Position numbers and translations under genes: made by a program
NCBI GenBank assembly: GCA_039810425.1
Contig: JBDHWW010000001.1
Location: forward strand, 1 to 64,000
Origin: Pseudobdellovibrionaceae bacterium
Lineage (GTDB): Bacteria > Bdellovibrionota > Bdellovibrionia > Bdellovibrionales > Bdellovibrionaceae
Direction of reading: 5' to 3'
DNA: 64,000 bases
Notes under the pieces: generated by a model
Databases searched by the model: none
Told to the model about the DNA's origin: nothing
What the model saw: the letters and a program-made list of their open reading frames with translations, nothing else
In this document: one piece after another, positions 40,141-48,984 of the stretch
How positions within the stretch are numbered: the first letter of the stretch is position 1
How the letters are laid out: every line of letters begins with the position of its first letter

Positions 40141-41352
40141 CTAGGGCGTTATATAGAAAGGATTCGCGTAAATCCAGCTGATCCAGCGGTTGGCATCTGG
40201 CAATGGCATTGAAACGGCGATCCGTACCTGCACGCGATACACGCCAGGCTCAGTGATCAGCATGCTGACTTCAGGGTCGTTGAATGTTTTGAAGCGCTCC
40301 CCATTTTTATAGATCACGATTTCAAAGAAATTTTTTGGTGGTCCTGGAATATGAACGTTGAGGCTCATGCCCTTGCCGAGTTTAACTTGAGAACCCATCA
40401 AGTAAGAGCGCCCGCGGTCTTCAATCGTTGCAACAAAACCTTTTGGTTCACCGAGGGCATCGAAGGCTAAATAGAATTGACCCTTCTTAAGGGCGGTGAA
40501 GATTTTTTGGCGATCACTATTCAAATTGCCTGTAAGCTCTGAGGACAACAGTACGTGATTTGTGGCGATTTCAAAGTTGCGCTGGTAGCTAGGGAATCTG
40601 ATCAGATAATTCGCTAAGGGAATCGCGCGTGCAGAAGCTTCGGCCCCGGCAAAGCCATAGATCTTTTGATGCAGAGACGTTTTATCAAATAGCGAGATCT
40701 CCTCACTGGGCTCTAAAAAAAGCCGGGCCAGGGCAAACTCTGGATTAAACGGATAAATCAAGAAACTCCAAATGACCGAAGCCTTCGAAGCCTGCCACGC
40801 TTGAACGGAAAGACTTTTTACGTTGATGACTTCCAGGCCATCAAGACCCGGCGGTAAATCTCCATTCCAGGTAAAGCCTAAGTGATAAGGATGTGCCAAA
40901 ATTGTGAGAGAATCCTTATTGCCGCCCTCTCTTTGCGTGAGCATGTCGGCGAAGCGAATTTGCGCTTCCCCCAGATTTTTCCCGACAACGTCCTTCACGG
41001 GCGAATAGAATATCAAACGAGAGTCCAGATAGCTGTACTTTCCTCCGTTGAGAAACAAGACATTTTGCGAGTAGCTGTCGTTGTGAACATTTTCCTTAAA
41101 AGTGTTGAGGTCCGTGAGAATGACGAAATCAATTCCGGCCTGCTTGGCCGCAGTTGCAATCTGTTGGGGAGACGAAGAGCCGATACTGATATCAGAATGA
41201 ACGTTGATCACTCCACGATAGTCAAAATATGCCGTCGGCGTATCTCGTTTTAATTTTTGCGGGATAACGCTGATGTCATATGTCGAGATGTAAAACCCAT
41301 ACACGAAGTACGAGATCAGCAAAAACGTGATGCCGATAATAAACTTGATCAT
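40141..41352 (-). CDS. PHP-fold (CehA/McbA-like) protein with degenerate metal ligands
   Basis: N-terminal TM; GVINVHS, FVILTDLN, ILAHP, GLEVIN; C-terminal beta domain ending YANPFY. Confidence 0.7.
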   Translation of the reverse strand: MIKFIIGITFLLISYFVYGFYISTYDISVIPQKLKRDTPTAYFDYRGVINVHSDISIGSSSPQQIATAAKQAGIDFVILTDLNTFKENVHNDSYSQNVLFLNGGKYSYLDSRLIFYSPVKDVVGKNLGEAQIRFADMLTQREGGNKDSLTILAHPYHLGFTWNGDLPPGLDGLEVINVKSLSVQAWQASKASVIWSFLIYPFNPEFALARLFLEPSEEISLFDKTSLHQKIYGFAGAEASARAIPLANYLIRFPSYQRNFEIATNHVLLSSELTGNLNSDRQKIFTALKKGQFYLAFDALGEPKGFVATIEDRGRSYLMGSQVKLGKGMSLNVHIPGPPKNFFEIVIYKNGERFKTFNDPEVSMLITEPGVYRVQVRIAVSMPLPDANRWISWIYANPFYITP

Positions 41353-42665
41353 CTAGAAACCTTCACGACTAAGAAAAAGGGCTCAATTTCCTTTACCACA
41401 GATGTTTTATACCCCGCTTTTTCAACCCAGTCAGGTATCTCGCTCCAATTTTCTTGGACGAGATAGAAACTGTCTTCCTGCGGCAAAGATTGCGAAAGAG
41501 AGTCATAGAAGTCGTGGCGGCTCATGCCGCGAAGTTTGTAGATAGGCATCTTGTTTTCGTACCAAATGGTTGAAGCGATTTGATAAGTACCAGCGTATAA
41601 AGGTTGATACTCTTGTTGCAGGTTTGCGAGTGGACGGAAGCGGAATTGGTCACGAAAAGGTTTGGCCACCGGATTGTTCTTCGGCAGAAAAATTGCGGAT
41701 GAGAATCCAAATACATAAAACACGAGCCAGAATCCAGAAGTCCACAACGCGATCTTCTTGGCGTTGGGCGAAAAAAGAACCAAGGCAAAAATCACCGGGA
41801 ACGCCGTGTTTGGCCAATTGAGCTCTACAGTTCCACGGAAGGATGAAAGAAAGAAAAATAAAAGTGGACCCCAGCCTAGATACTGCAAGAATTTGAAATC
41901 CCGCGGCGGCTTTGCACGAAGCGCGGCATAAATCACCAGCGGAAAAAGAAGCATGACTTCAGCAGCGACGTATCCAAGAGTCCAATCCGGTGCCCAGTTA
42001 GTTTTACCAAGGCCGTGATCAATCTGAAATCGAAATGAAGCAAAATCGTTTTGAATATTCCATAGAATCACAGGAAGCGAGCAGACCAAGCCGCCCGTAA
42101 TAGTCAGCAGAATTTTTTTCAGGGAAACTTCTCGCAGGCGCTTTTCAAAGAACAAGTAAGCTAAAATAAAAGGAACGAAAAGAACAATGTGATACTTGCT
42201 ACAGAAACCTAAACCAAGCGAGGCACCGAGCAGAAAATAATCACGGGCCTTTTGGTGATTCAAACATTGCTGAAAGAAATAAATCGCCAACGACCAAAAA
42301 AGTAAAAGTGGGACATCCGGCGTTCCTACCATTGAGCCAAATCCTACAAGTGGCGAGAAGAAGGCCAGTGCGTACCAATGCTTGTAGGTATCCCAGGAAA
42401 ACCGTGGTTTTAAAATGTAATACCAGACAAGAAAGATAAGATGGCCGAAAAGAACCGTCGGTAGCCGTAACAGTTGACCGTAAGGTTCTAGCCAATGTCC
42501 CAAATAAAATAACCAGGCAACGAACGGGGGGTGGTCGAAGTAACTGAGCTGCATGTGGTGTGACCACATCCAATAGTAGGCTTCATCAGGACTCAACGGA
42601 AGTAGGGCCGCGAGTCCGATTTTTAAGAGCAGGCTAAGGATCCAAACTTGTAAAAACTGTCGCAC
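41349..42665 (-). CDS. ArnT/PMT-like (GT-C) glycosyltransferase
   Basis: DEAYYW, YFDHPP, TPDVP, SKY motifs; multiple TM helices. Confidence 0.88.
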   Translation of the reverse strand: MRQFLQVWILSLLLKIGLAALLPLSPDEAYYWMWSHHMQLSYFDHPPFVAWLFYLGHWLEPYGQLLRLPTVLFGHLIFLVWYYILKPRFSWDTYKHWYALAFFSPLVGFGSMVGTPDVPLLLFWSLAIYFFQQCLNHQKARDYFLLGASLGLGFCSKYHIVLFVPFILAYLFFEKRLREVSLKKILLTITGGLVCSLPVILWNIQNDFASFRFQIDHGLGKTNWAPDWTLGYVAAEVMLLFPLVIYAALRAKPPRDFKFLQYLGWGPLLFFFLSSFRGTVELNWPNTAFPVIFALVLFSPNAKKIALWTSGFWLVFYVFGFSSAIFLPKNNPVAKPFRDQFRFRPLANLQQEYQPLYAGTYQIASTIWYENKMPIYKLRGMSRHDFYDSLSQSLPQEDSFYLVQENWSEIPDWVEKAGYKTSVVKEIEPFFLVVKVSR

Positions 42666-42666
42666 T

Positions 42667-43743
42667 TTAGAAATTTAGTTTTACTGGTTTACCGAGGTTT
42701 CCCGGAATGCCAAGATCTTTTCCGTTAACGATGACGTTAACAGCACCACCATTGCTGATATTGAGTTTAAGGCCTGTTTTGCTCTTGAAGGTATGTACTT
42801 GTTCAGCGCTCAAAGTGATTTTCTCGATCTTTCCATCTTTTGTTGAAACCTCCACCTCAACGTTATCCAGGGCTTCTAGGATAACTTCAACCGGTTTGTT
42901 TGCCGGAGTTGGGGAAACTGTTGGTGACACACTTGGTGAAGGACTTGGCGTTGGGGTCGGAGTCGGAGTCGCCGTTGCCGACGGGCTTGGCTTAGGCGTC
43001 GGGGTTGGGGTCGGGGTTACAGAGTGAGCTGGTGTCGGCGTTGGCGTCAGTTTTGGTGAGGACGTTGTTGCCGGAGTTTCTGTCGTCACCGGAGTTTGTG
43101 AAGGGGTTGGCGTGCTGAGTGGTGTGCTCATCACAGTCGCCGCAGGAGATGGAGATGGTTGGGTTAAGCCAATAGTTGCTTCTGTGGAGGGTGTATTTGA
43201 CTCCGGCGTCGCCTCAGAGGGCGGCAAAGGAGTCGTCACTTCGACCTCCGAGATGGCACCTTCTTTTTGATACTTATCAATCATCTTCTTTGTGAAAACA
43301 ATCAAACCAACCAGAACTAAGCCGAGCACCGTAAATGTGGCCGTCTTGGAGTTATTATTTTTAGTGGCGAGAGTGCTGTAGGTTTTTTCTTGGGCTGGCG
43401 CGGTACTGCGCGGGGGGTGTTGTGCGGGCTCCAAACCTTTTTTTTCTTGTTGCATGGATTCGAGCGTCGAATCTTGCTCGGGCATTTGAATCAAGGGGCT
43501 GGGCTTTGTTGTTCCCATTTCATCTTGGAAAATGCGCAAGACCTCGTTGACGTCTAGGCGCAGGTAGTGCGCATAACTTTGCACGAATCCGCGAAGAAAT
43601 GTCTTTGCGGGAAGTTGATTGGTATCACCGTCCTCAATCGCTTTTAAAACCTTGCTGCTAATCTTCAATGATAGGGCGATTTCATTGATTGAAAGTCCCT
43701 TTTGCTCCCTGGCTTTCTTAAGGATATCACCGGTGCGTTTCAT
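42667..43743 (-). CDS. rodZ: RodZ-like protein (HTH, TM, Pro/Thr linker, DUF4115-like domain)
   Basis: GDILKKAREQKGLS...FLRGFVQSYA; single TM; C-terminal NGGAVNVIVNG. Confidence 0.85.
   Translation of the reverse strand: MKRTGDILKKAREQKGLSINEIALSLKISSKVLKAIEDGDTNQLPAKTFLRGFVQSYAHYLRLDVNEVLRIFQDEMGTTKPSPLIQMPEQDSTLESMQQEKKGLEPAQHPPRSTAPAQEKTYSTLATKNNNSKTATFTVLGLVLVGLIVFTKKMIDKYQKEGAISEVEVTTPLPPSEATPESNTPSTEATIGLTQPSPSPAATVMSTPLSTPTPSQTPVTTETPATTSSPKLTPTPTPAHSVTPTPTPTPKPSPSATATPTPTPTPSPSPSVSPTVSPTPANKPVEVILEALDNVEVEVSTKDGKIEKITLSAEQVHTFKSKTGLKLNISNGGAVNVIVNGKDLGIPGNLGKPVKLNF
42885..43240 (-). repeat. Low-complexity (Pro-Thr/Pro-Ser)n coding repeats in the RodZ linker
   Basis: TPTPTP and SPSPS runs; hexamer-like GGGGTT/GGAGTC/GGCGTT repeats on the + strand. 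Confidence 0.8.
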
Positions 43744-44498
43744 TTTTCTGCCTTCCTTAACATATCGAGCATCGCCTTAGATTTCTCTCGGTATTTACCT
43801 TCCGGATACAGCTTCACAATTTCAGAAAAACGCGCAATCGACTTATCTTTATCGCCTAAGCGGTAGTAAGTCAGCGCACTGTAGTAGTGAGGTTCATCAT
43901 AAAGAGCGCGTTGGCAGAACCCGATGGCAGTATCGAGCGCTGGCGCCGCTTTATCATATTCTTTCATTTCAAAAAAAGAGCGCCCGTAATAAGTGTTTGC
44001 AATACAATTGTCGCGGGAGGCATTGATAGCATGCAAGAAATTTTCTTTCGCATCTTTATAGTTCTTTTGATTGAACTTCGCGAGTCCCATATTCACGTAG
44101 GCCTTGTCAATAGACGGATAGGTCAAATCATCGATTACGATTTGCACTTCTTTTTCCGCTTCAGAAAACCGCCCTTCCTCAATCAATACGCGGCCTAAGT
44201 TGTTGCGCGCGTCGCTGTATTTTGGGCTCAGACTAATGGCTTTACGTATATGCTTTTCAGCTAGATCGTTTCGCTGGCGCATGAGGTACACGAGTCCAAG
44301 ACTGTTTTGAATGGCAGGATTCTTCGAATCGAGTTCCTCGGCCTTTAGCAGAGCACTGAGTGCCGCCGGATAATTGCCATTGCCAAATTGTGTACTACCC
44401 ATCTGCAAGAAGAGTTCCGCTTTTTCTGAGTCTGTTGCGCTGGTAGTTGCACAAGCAGCTAAGATAAATAGTGAGAAAGTCAGGATTATTTTGGCCAT
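43740..44498 (-). CDS. PilF/PilW/Tgl-like TPR lipoprotein (pilotin)
   Basis: Lipobox LAAC; TPRs with ARNNLG and DLTYPS..KAYVNMG; lies directly upstream of rodZ. Confidence 0.78.
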   Translation of the reverse strand: MAKIILTFSLFILAACATTSATDSEKAELFLQMGSTQFGNGNYPAALSALLKAEELDSKNPAIQNSLGLVYLMRQRNDLAEKHIRKAISLSPKYSDARNNLGRVLIEEGRFSEAEKEVQIVIDDLTYPSIDKAYVNMGLAKFNQKNYKDAKENFLHAINASRDNCIANTYYGRSFFEMKEYDKAAPALDTAIGFCQRALYDEPHYYSALTYYRLGDKDKSIARFSEIVKLYPEGKYREKSKAMLDMLRKAEK

Positions 44499-44504
44499 GT
44501 AATC

Positions 44505-44533
44505 AAGTTAAGCACTCACTCACGGAGTGTCAA
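44505..44533 (-). promoter_or_regulatory. Sigma70-type promoter predicting leaderless pilF-like mRNA
   Basis: TTGACA-17-TAACTT-6-ATG; no SD sequence. Confidence 0.6.
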
Positions 44534-45695
44534 CGGCTAGCTCTGCTATGGTCTCGACGTGGTCGGTTTGAGGAAACATTTCGAAGCACTGTACTCGGCG
44601 TAGTTTGAGCGTGCGTGAGCTGGACGTTTGTTCTTGGGCCTCAAAAAAATACTTTAAATCACGCGCTAGAGAAGCGGGATGACAACTAATATAGATAATT
44701 CGTTCTACACCGGCATGTGCGAGAGCTTTCATAGTTGCTTCATCCGCTCCAGCACGAGGAGGGTCGAGTAAAACCAGGTCCTTTGGCTGGAACTTTGTTT
44801 TTCTCATGAAGGAATCCACGTCAGACAAATAGAACCGCACTCGTTTGTTGAGAGAGTCGTCCTTCTGAATTCTCTCGGTCGCCCGTTGAACAAGCTTAGA
44901 GTCCAGTTCTGCCGCGATGATCGGAAGATTGGAATACTGAGCGGCAAATGGGAAAGTAAAGTTTCCGCCGCCCGCATAGAGATCAAAAATACGTTCATAT
45001 TGAGGACCGCGACTCCACTCGAGCGCAGTTCGCAAAAGGTCCTCGTTTTGAAAACGGTTTACCTGCGAGAAGCCAACACCTTCCTTTTCTTCGCCCATCA
45101 AAAGCCACTGAGGTTTTTCATGTTGATCAAGATAGATCTCTAGGCGCTGAATATCTTTGGAGTTCGCGTATGTCTTATCCATCTCAGATTTAATATGGGC
45201 AAATTCGTTCGTGATCGTCTCTTCGGTGATGGGGCAATCGGCCGCCTCAACGATGGCATGGCTTCGCCGTGCGAAGAAACCGAATTTACCACGGTGATAT
45301 TTCGGCTGGATGCGATTGCGATATCGGAGCGAAGGACTTGTTTGAATCGGAAGAAATTCGAAATCGTGGACTGGCAAAAATTTTTTTAAAATTTCTTGGA
45401 CCATGGTTTGTTTTTGCCGACGCTGCTCGAACTCGACAACGTGCTGCCAGTTACAGCCACCACAGCGATCGGCAATTGGACAAGGAGGAGTTCTGCGTGA
45501 CGGGCCGGATTTCAAAATGTTAACGATTTGAGCTTCCGCGAAGTTTTTTTTCTTCGTGGTGATTTCCACGAGGAGCTCGTCACCGGGGGCGGCATCGGGC
45601 ACAAAAACAACAAAGCCATCGTGGCGGGCAATGCCCGAACCGCCGATGGCCAGTTTTTCAATCGTTACAGTGAGTTGTTGTCTCTGTGACGACAT
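44520..45695 (-). CDS. rlmD: RlmD/TrmA family RNA (uracil-5)-methyltransferase
   Basis: TRAM domain, CxxxxxCGGC, FSQVN, DLYAGGG, LDPPRAG, YISC, MFPQTDHVE. Confidence 0.88.
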   Translation of the reverse strand: MSSQRQQLTVTIEKLAIGGSGIARHDGFVVFVPDAAPGDELLVEITTKKKNFAEAQIVNILKSGPSRRTPPCPIADRCGGCNWQHVVEFEQRRQKQTMVQEILKKFLPVHDFEFLPIQTSPSLRYRNRIQPKYHRGKFGFFARRSHAIVEAADCPITEETITNEFAHIKSEMDKTYANSKDIQRLEIYLDQHEKPQWLLMGEEKEGVGFSQVNRFQNEDLLRTALEWSRGPQYERIFDLYAGGGNFTFPFAAQYSNLPIIAAELDSKLVQRATERIQKDDSLNKRVRFYLSDVDSFMRKTKFQPKDLVLLDPPRAGADEATMKALAHAGVERIIYISCHPASLARDLKYFFEAQEQTSSSRTLKLRRVQCFEMFPQTDHVETIAELAVDTP

Positions 45696-45706
45696 CTATT
45701 CCGCGA

Positions 45707-46132
45707 CTAAAAGTTGCAGATTTCTTGTTTTTCAAAGAACAAAGCAAGCTCGCGGGCTGCGGACTCAGCAGAGTCAGAACCGTGAACAGCGTTTTCACCA
45801 ACGTTGTCACCGAACTTAGCGCGGACCGTGCCAGCGTTAGCTTTTTTAGGATCTGTTGCACCCATGATTTCACGGTTTTTCAAAACCGCGCCTTCGCCTT
45901 GCAAGCACATCAACATCACAGGACCAGAAGTCATGAAGCTCACCAATTCGCCGAAGAAAGGGCGAGCTTTATGTTCTGCGTAGAACTCTTCAGCTTTAGA
46001 TTTAGACAAGATTTGGATTTTCGCAGCAGCGATTTTCAAACCGTTTGCTTCGAACATGCTCATAATGTCGCCGATAGCGTTTTTCTTCATTGCGTTTGGT
46101 TTAATGATTGAGAATGTTTGCTCAACAGCCAT
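45707..46132 (-). CDS. ndk: Nucleoside diphosphate kinase
   Basis: [20 protein letters not shown]. Confidence 0.98.
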   Translation of the reverse strand: MAVEQTFSIIKPNAMKKNAIGDIMSMFEANGLKIAAAKIQILSKSKAEEFYAEHKARPFFGELVSFMTSGPVMLMCLQGEGAVLKNREIMGATDPKKANAGTVRAKFGDNVGENAVHGSDSAESAARELALFFEKQEICNF

Positions 46133-46222
46133 TAGTTGACTCCTTGTGTTAAATTTAACGTAAGACCATTGGGTTTTAACTAAATATGGCCAGCCTGTCC
46201 ATGGAATTTCATGGATATTTCT

Positions 46223-47443
46223 TTACCAAGCCCAGTAAGGACCCGTGCCGAGCGGCGAAGACTTTCCATCAATACCGTGGAAAATGGTTCGGCCGAAATA
46301 GAATGGTAGACCCCAGTCAAATGCATCCGTGAAAGCGCCGCCAATATTATTGAACATAAAGTTGGGACTGGTTGTAATGGCGTAAGCTCCGTTTTGAATT
46401 TCAAATGAAACAGCTACTTGCGATGTGGCTCCGGTTCCGGATTGGTTTGCCAAAAAAGTCATCTTCGAAGTGGGGCAATAGAATCCACTTGTGCTACTTC
46501 CGGATGCACACGCTGGCAAACTCACAGGTCCCGGGAAGAACAACCCATTAGAGCCGCTATCAATGAATGATTTAGAATAAATTGTGCCATTAAACTGCGT
46601 GCGGAAATTTCCGTTGCCGTCGGCCTGAAAAAAGTTCGCACTGCTTGGAGTATTATTAGTTCTGGTCCCGATACCTAAGATCACATAGCCTGAGGCTGTG
46701 GTCGAGCCGGCTGAAGGAATCGATGGCAGTTGGAAAACCACGCCATTGTTATCGCTGGGCAAGAAGGAGATCGGATTAGAAACTTGTTGTGCAACAGGAA
46801 CCGTTGTCGATGTGCATGAAGATCCGCTACAGGCGAAATAGATGCGATTATTGGCGGTGGTGGCGCAGCCGATGCCACAGTCTTCAGTAAAGACACCTAC
46901 ACCGAGGATTCCGTTGTAGCCAGCGGCTGCTGGGGTAGAGTCAGGGTTTGTACAATCCGTCGGGATTGTTGCATAGCTGGAATCAATGACTTGAATAGGA
47001 ATACTTGAGGCCCTGAGAGATCCTAATACGACATCGGCGGTTTTGACCGGACCCCAGTTGGAGCTGCTATCTGCGTAGGACACGCATTCGGCAAGATTGT
47101 TTCCATTGATTGTTCTTTGTGTCAGGTTCACGGAAACGAGGCTTGAGAAAACGCGAAGCCCAAAACTGCCAGTATCAATCAGAATCTTATCGATCGTCTG
47201 ACAATTTAAAGTGCCTGGTTCACAGATCGTCACGCTTACACAAGGCTGATTGATGTAGTTGCAACTGATCGTAAGCTTCATGACGTTGGCCTCATTGCCA
47301 ACGATCGGAAGGGGGTCACTCGGGCTGCCCGCAATCGTAACCAAAGACTCGCTGATTTCGAAGCCCTTATTAGAACAGTTGTTATATGCAAAGATCGACA
47401 CTACGCTCAGTGCCGTTAGCATAAATGCTCGCCACGTACTCAT
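46223..47443 (-). CDS. DUF3443 family lipoprotein, predicted pepsin-like aspartic protease
   Basis: NQPCVSVTICEPG, IDTGS, NGILGVG, IDSGS, FDWGLPFYFGR; ATG 47443 overlaps the upstream stop (ATGA). Confidence 0.82.
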   Translation of the reverse strand: MSTWRAFMLTALSVVSIFAYNNCSNKGFEISESLVTIAGSPSDPLPIVGNEANVMKLTISCNYINQPCVSVTICEPGTLNCQTIDKILIDTGSFGLRVFSSLVSVNLTQRTINGNNLAECVSYADSSSNWGPVKTADVVLGSLRASSIPIQVIDSSYATIPTDCTNPDSTPAAAGYNGILGVGVFTEDCGIGCATTANNRIYFACSGSSCTSTTVPVAQQVSNPISFLPSDNNGVVFQLPSIPSAGSTTASGYVILGIGTRTNNTPSSANFFQADGNGNFRTQFNGTIYSKSFIDSGSNGLFFPGPVSLPACASGSSTSGFYCPTSKMTFLANQSGTGATSQVAVSFEIQNGAYAITTSPNFMFNNIGGAFTDAFDWGLPFYFGRTIFHGIDGKSSPLGTGPYWAW

Positions 47444-47895
47444 TGCAGATCCTCGGCACTCACTCCCGCTGGAATCAGAGAAGGAACGCAAGCAAAGCCA
47501 CGCTGATCACGCATGCGGCCGCCGCGGCGTATGACCATTTTAGCTGTTTTCATCGAGAGGTTTTTAGCCCCGTACTGTTTAGGAATTGTCTTCAAGCTAT
47601 CGAGATACTCATTGTAGTACGAGCCGAAGAGAGTTTGTAGATCGGGCTTGGAGATTCCATTCCATCCGACTGCGAAGACAACGCCGGATGTATCGGCGTA
47701 TTCCCGAACTGTGTTGCCGTTTTCTTCGTACTCGCGAACCGAGTACTTTTCCGTAGAAAGCTTTGCAGAAACCGCGACTTTTAAAGAAGAAAGATTTTTG
47801 GCAGAGGAGCTGACCTGCTCGCCGAGTGTCGCCGGACAAAAGCCGGGTAACAATGAAACAAAAAGTCCTGTACATACAGCGGCGAGTGTTTTCAT
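47440..47895 (-). CDS. DUF2844 family secreted protein
   Basis: Signal peptide ending ATLG; VREYA...VFAVGW.G...PDLQTLFGSY; C-terminal P.LIPAGVS..DLQ; start at ATG 47895. Confidence 0.82.
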   Translation of the reverse strand: MKTLAAVCTGLFVSLLPGFCPATLGEQVSSSAKNLSSLKVAVSAKLSTEKYSVREYEENGNTVREYADTSGVVFAVGWNGISKPDLQTLFGSYYNEYLDSLKTIPKQYGAKNLSMKTAKMVIRRGGRMRDQRGFACVPSLIPAGVSAEDLQ

Positions 47896-48056
47896 AGTCC
47901 CCTTTGATAACTTATCGGCTCTTCTAAAGAGTTTAACAAGGTCACGAGGTGCCCGCAATTGGGGGCGATAGGAATCTTTATCAAAGACGTCTTATTTTGA
48001 GACAAATCCAAAACTATTTACAACTCAAAGCCTTGGTGCAAATAATCCGAACCTCT

Positions 48057-48087
48057 AAAAAAACCCACGCCTTTTAAGCGCGGGTTT
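48057..48087 (-). terminator. Rho-independent terminator after sucD
   Basis: AAACCCGCGC-TTAAAAG-GCGTGGGTTT followed by TTTT. Confidence 0.8.
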
Positions 48088-48112
48088 AATTTTTTAAACT
48101 AAAGTGTCGCTA

Positions 48113-48982
48113 CTATTTCAACATGGATTTCAAAGTTGTTCCCATATCAGCCGGGCTGCGAGAGATCTTCGCTCCTGCCGACAAGAGGGCTTCGAACTTG
48201 GCTTCCGCCGTGCCCTTGCCACCGCTAATGATAGCGCCCGCATGACCCATGCGCTTACCCGCCGGAGCGGCGGCACCTGCGATGAAAGCCGTTACTGGTT
48301 TTTTGAATTCGCGTTTGATGTACTCTGCAGCTTCTTCTTCGGCAGAACCACCGATTTCACCGATCATGATCACGGCGTCGGTGTCTTTGTCTTTATTGTA
48401 CATTTCGAGAACGTCGATGAAGTTTGTGCCATTCACGGGATCACCACCAATACCGACGCATGTAGACTGACCAAGGCCCAAACGAGTCAATTGACCAACA
48501 GCTTCGTAAGTCAGAGTGCCTGAACGAGACAACACGCCGATACGGCCTGGCATATGAATATGACCCGGCATGATACCGATTTTGCATTGTCCGGGTGTGA
48601 TCACCCCAGGGCAGTTAGGACCCACCAAGCGAGTCTTTTTACCCTTCATGTATTGCTTCACCTTCACCATGTCCATCACTGGGATACCTTCAGTGATACA
48701 GATCACAAGGTCTAACTCGGCTTCTACAGCTTCAAGGATAGAATCGGCAGCAAATGGAGGGGGAACGAAGATCATAGATACATTGCAACCAGTTTTCTCT
48801 TTAGCTTCATGAACTGTGTTGAAAACGGGAAGACCGATGTGAGTTGTGCCACCTTTACCAGGAGTCGTACCGCCCACCATTTGAGTTCCATAAGCTTTGC
48901 ATTGCTCAGAGTGGAAAGTCCCTTGGGCGCCGGTGAAACCTTGGCAAATAACTTTGGTATTTTTATCAATCAAAATAGACAT
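48113..48982 (-). CDS. sucD: Succinate--CoA ligase alpha subunit
   Basis: [27 protein letters not shown]. Confidence 0.98.
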   Translation of the reverse strand: MSILIDKNTKVICQGFTGAQGTFHSEQCKAYGTQMVGGTTPGKGGTTHIGLPVFNTVHEAKEKTGCNVSMIFVPPPFAADSILEAVEAELDLVICITEGIPVMDMVKVKQYMKGKKTRLVGPNCPGVITPGQCKIGIMPGHIHMPGRIGVLSRSGTLTYEAVGQLTRLGLGQSTCVGIGGDPVNGTNFIDVLEMYNKDKDTDAVIMIGEIGGSAEEEAAEYIKREFKKPVTAFIAGAAAPAGKRMGHAGAIISGGKGTAEAKFEALLSAGAKISRSPADMGTTLKSMLK

Positions 48983-48984
48983 GA

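Noticed and set aside
42885..43240. Short tandem repeats that might suggest a CRISPR array or VNTR
   Set aside because: Degenerate hexamers coding the Pro/Thr linker of RodZ; no constant repeat-spacer structure and no cas genes
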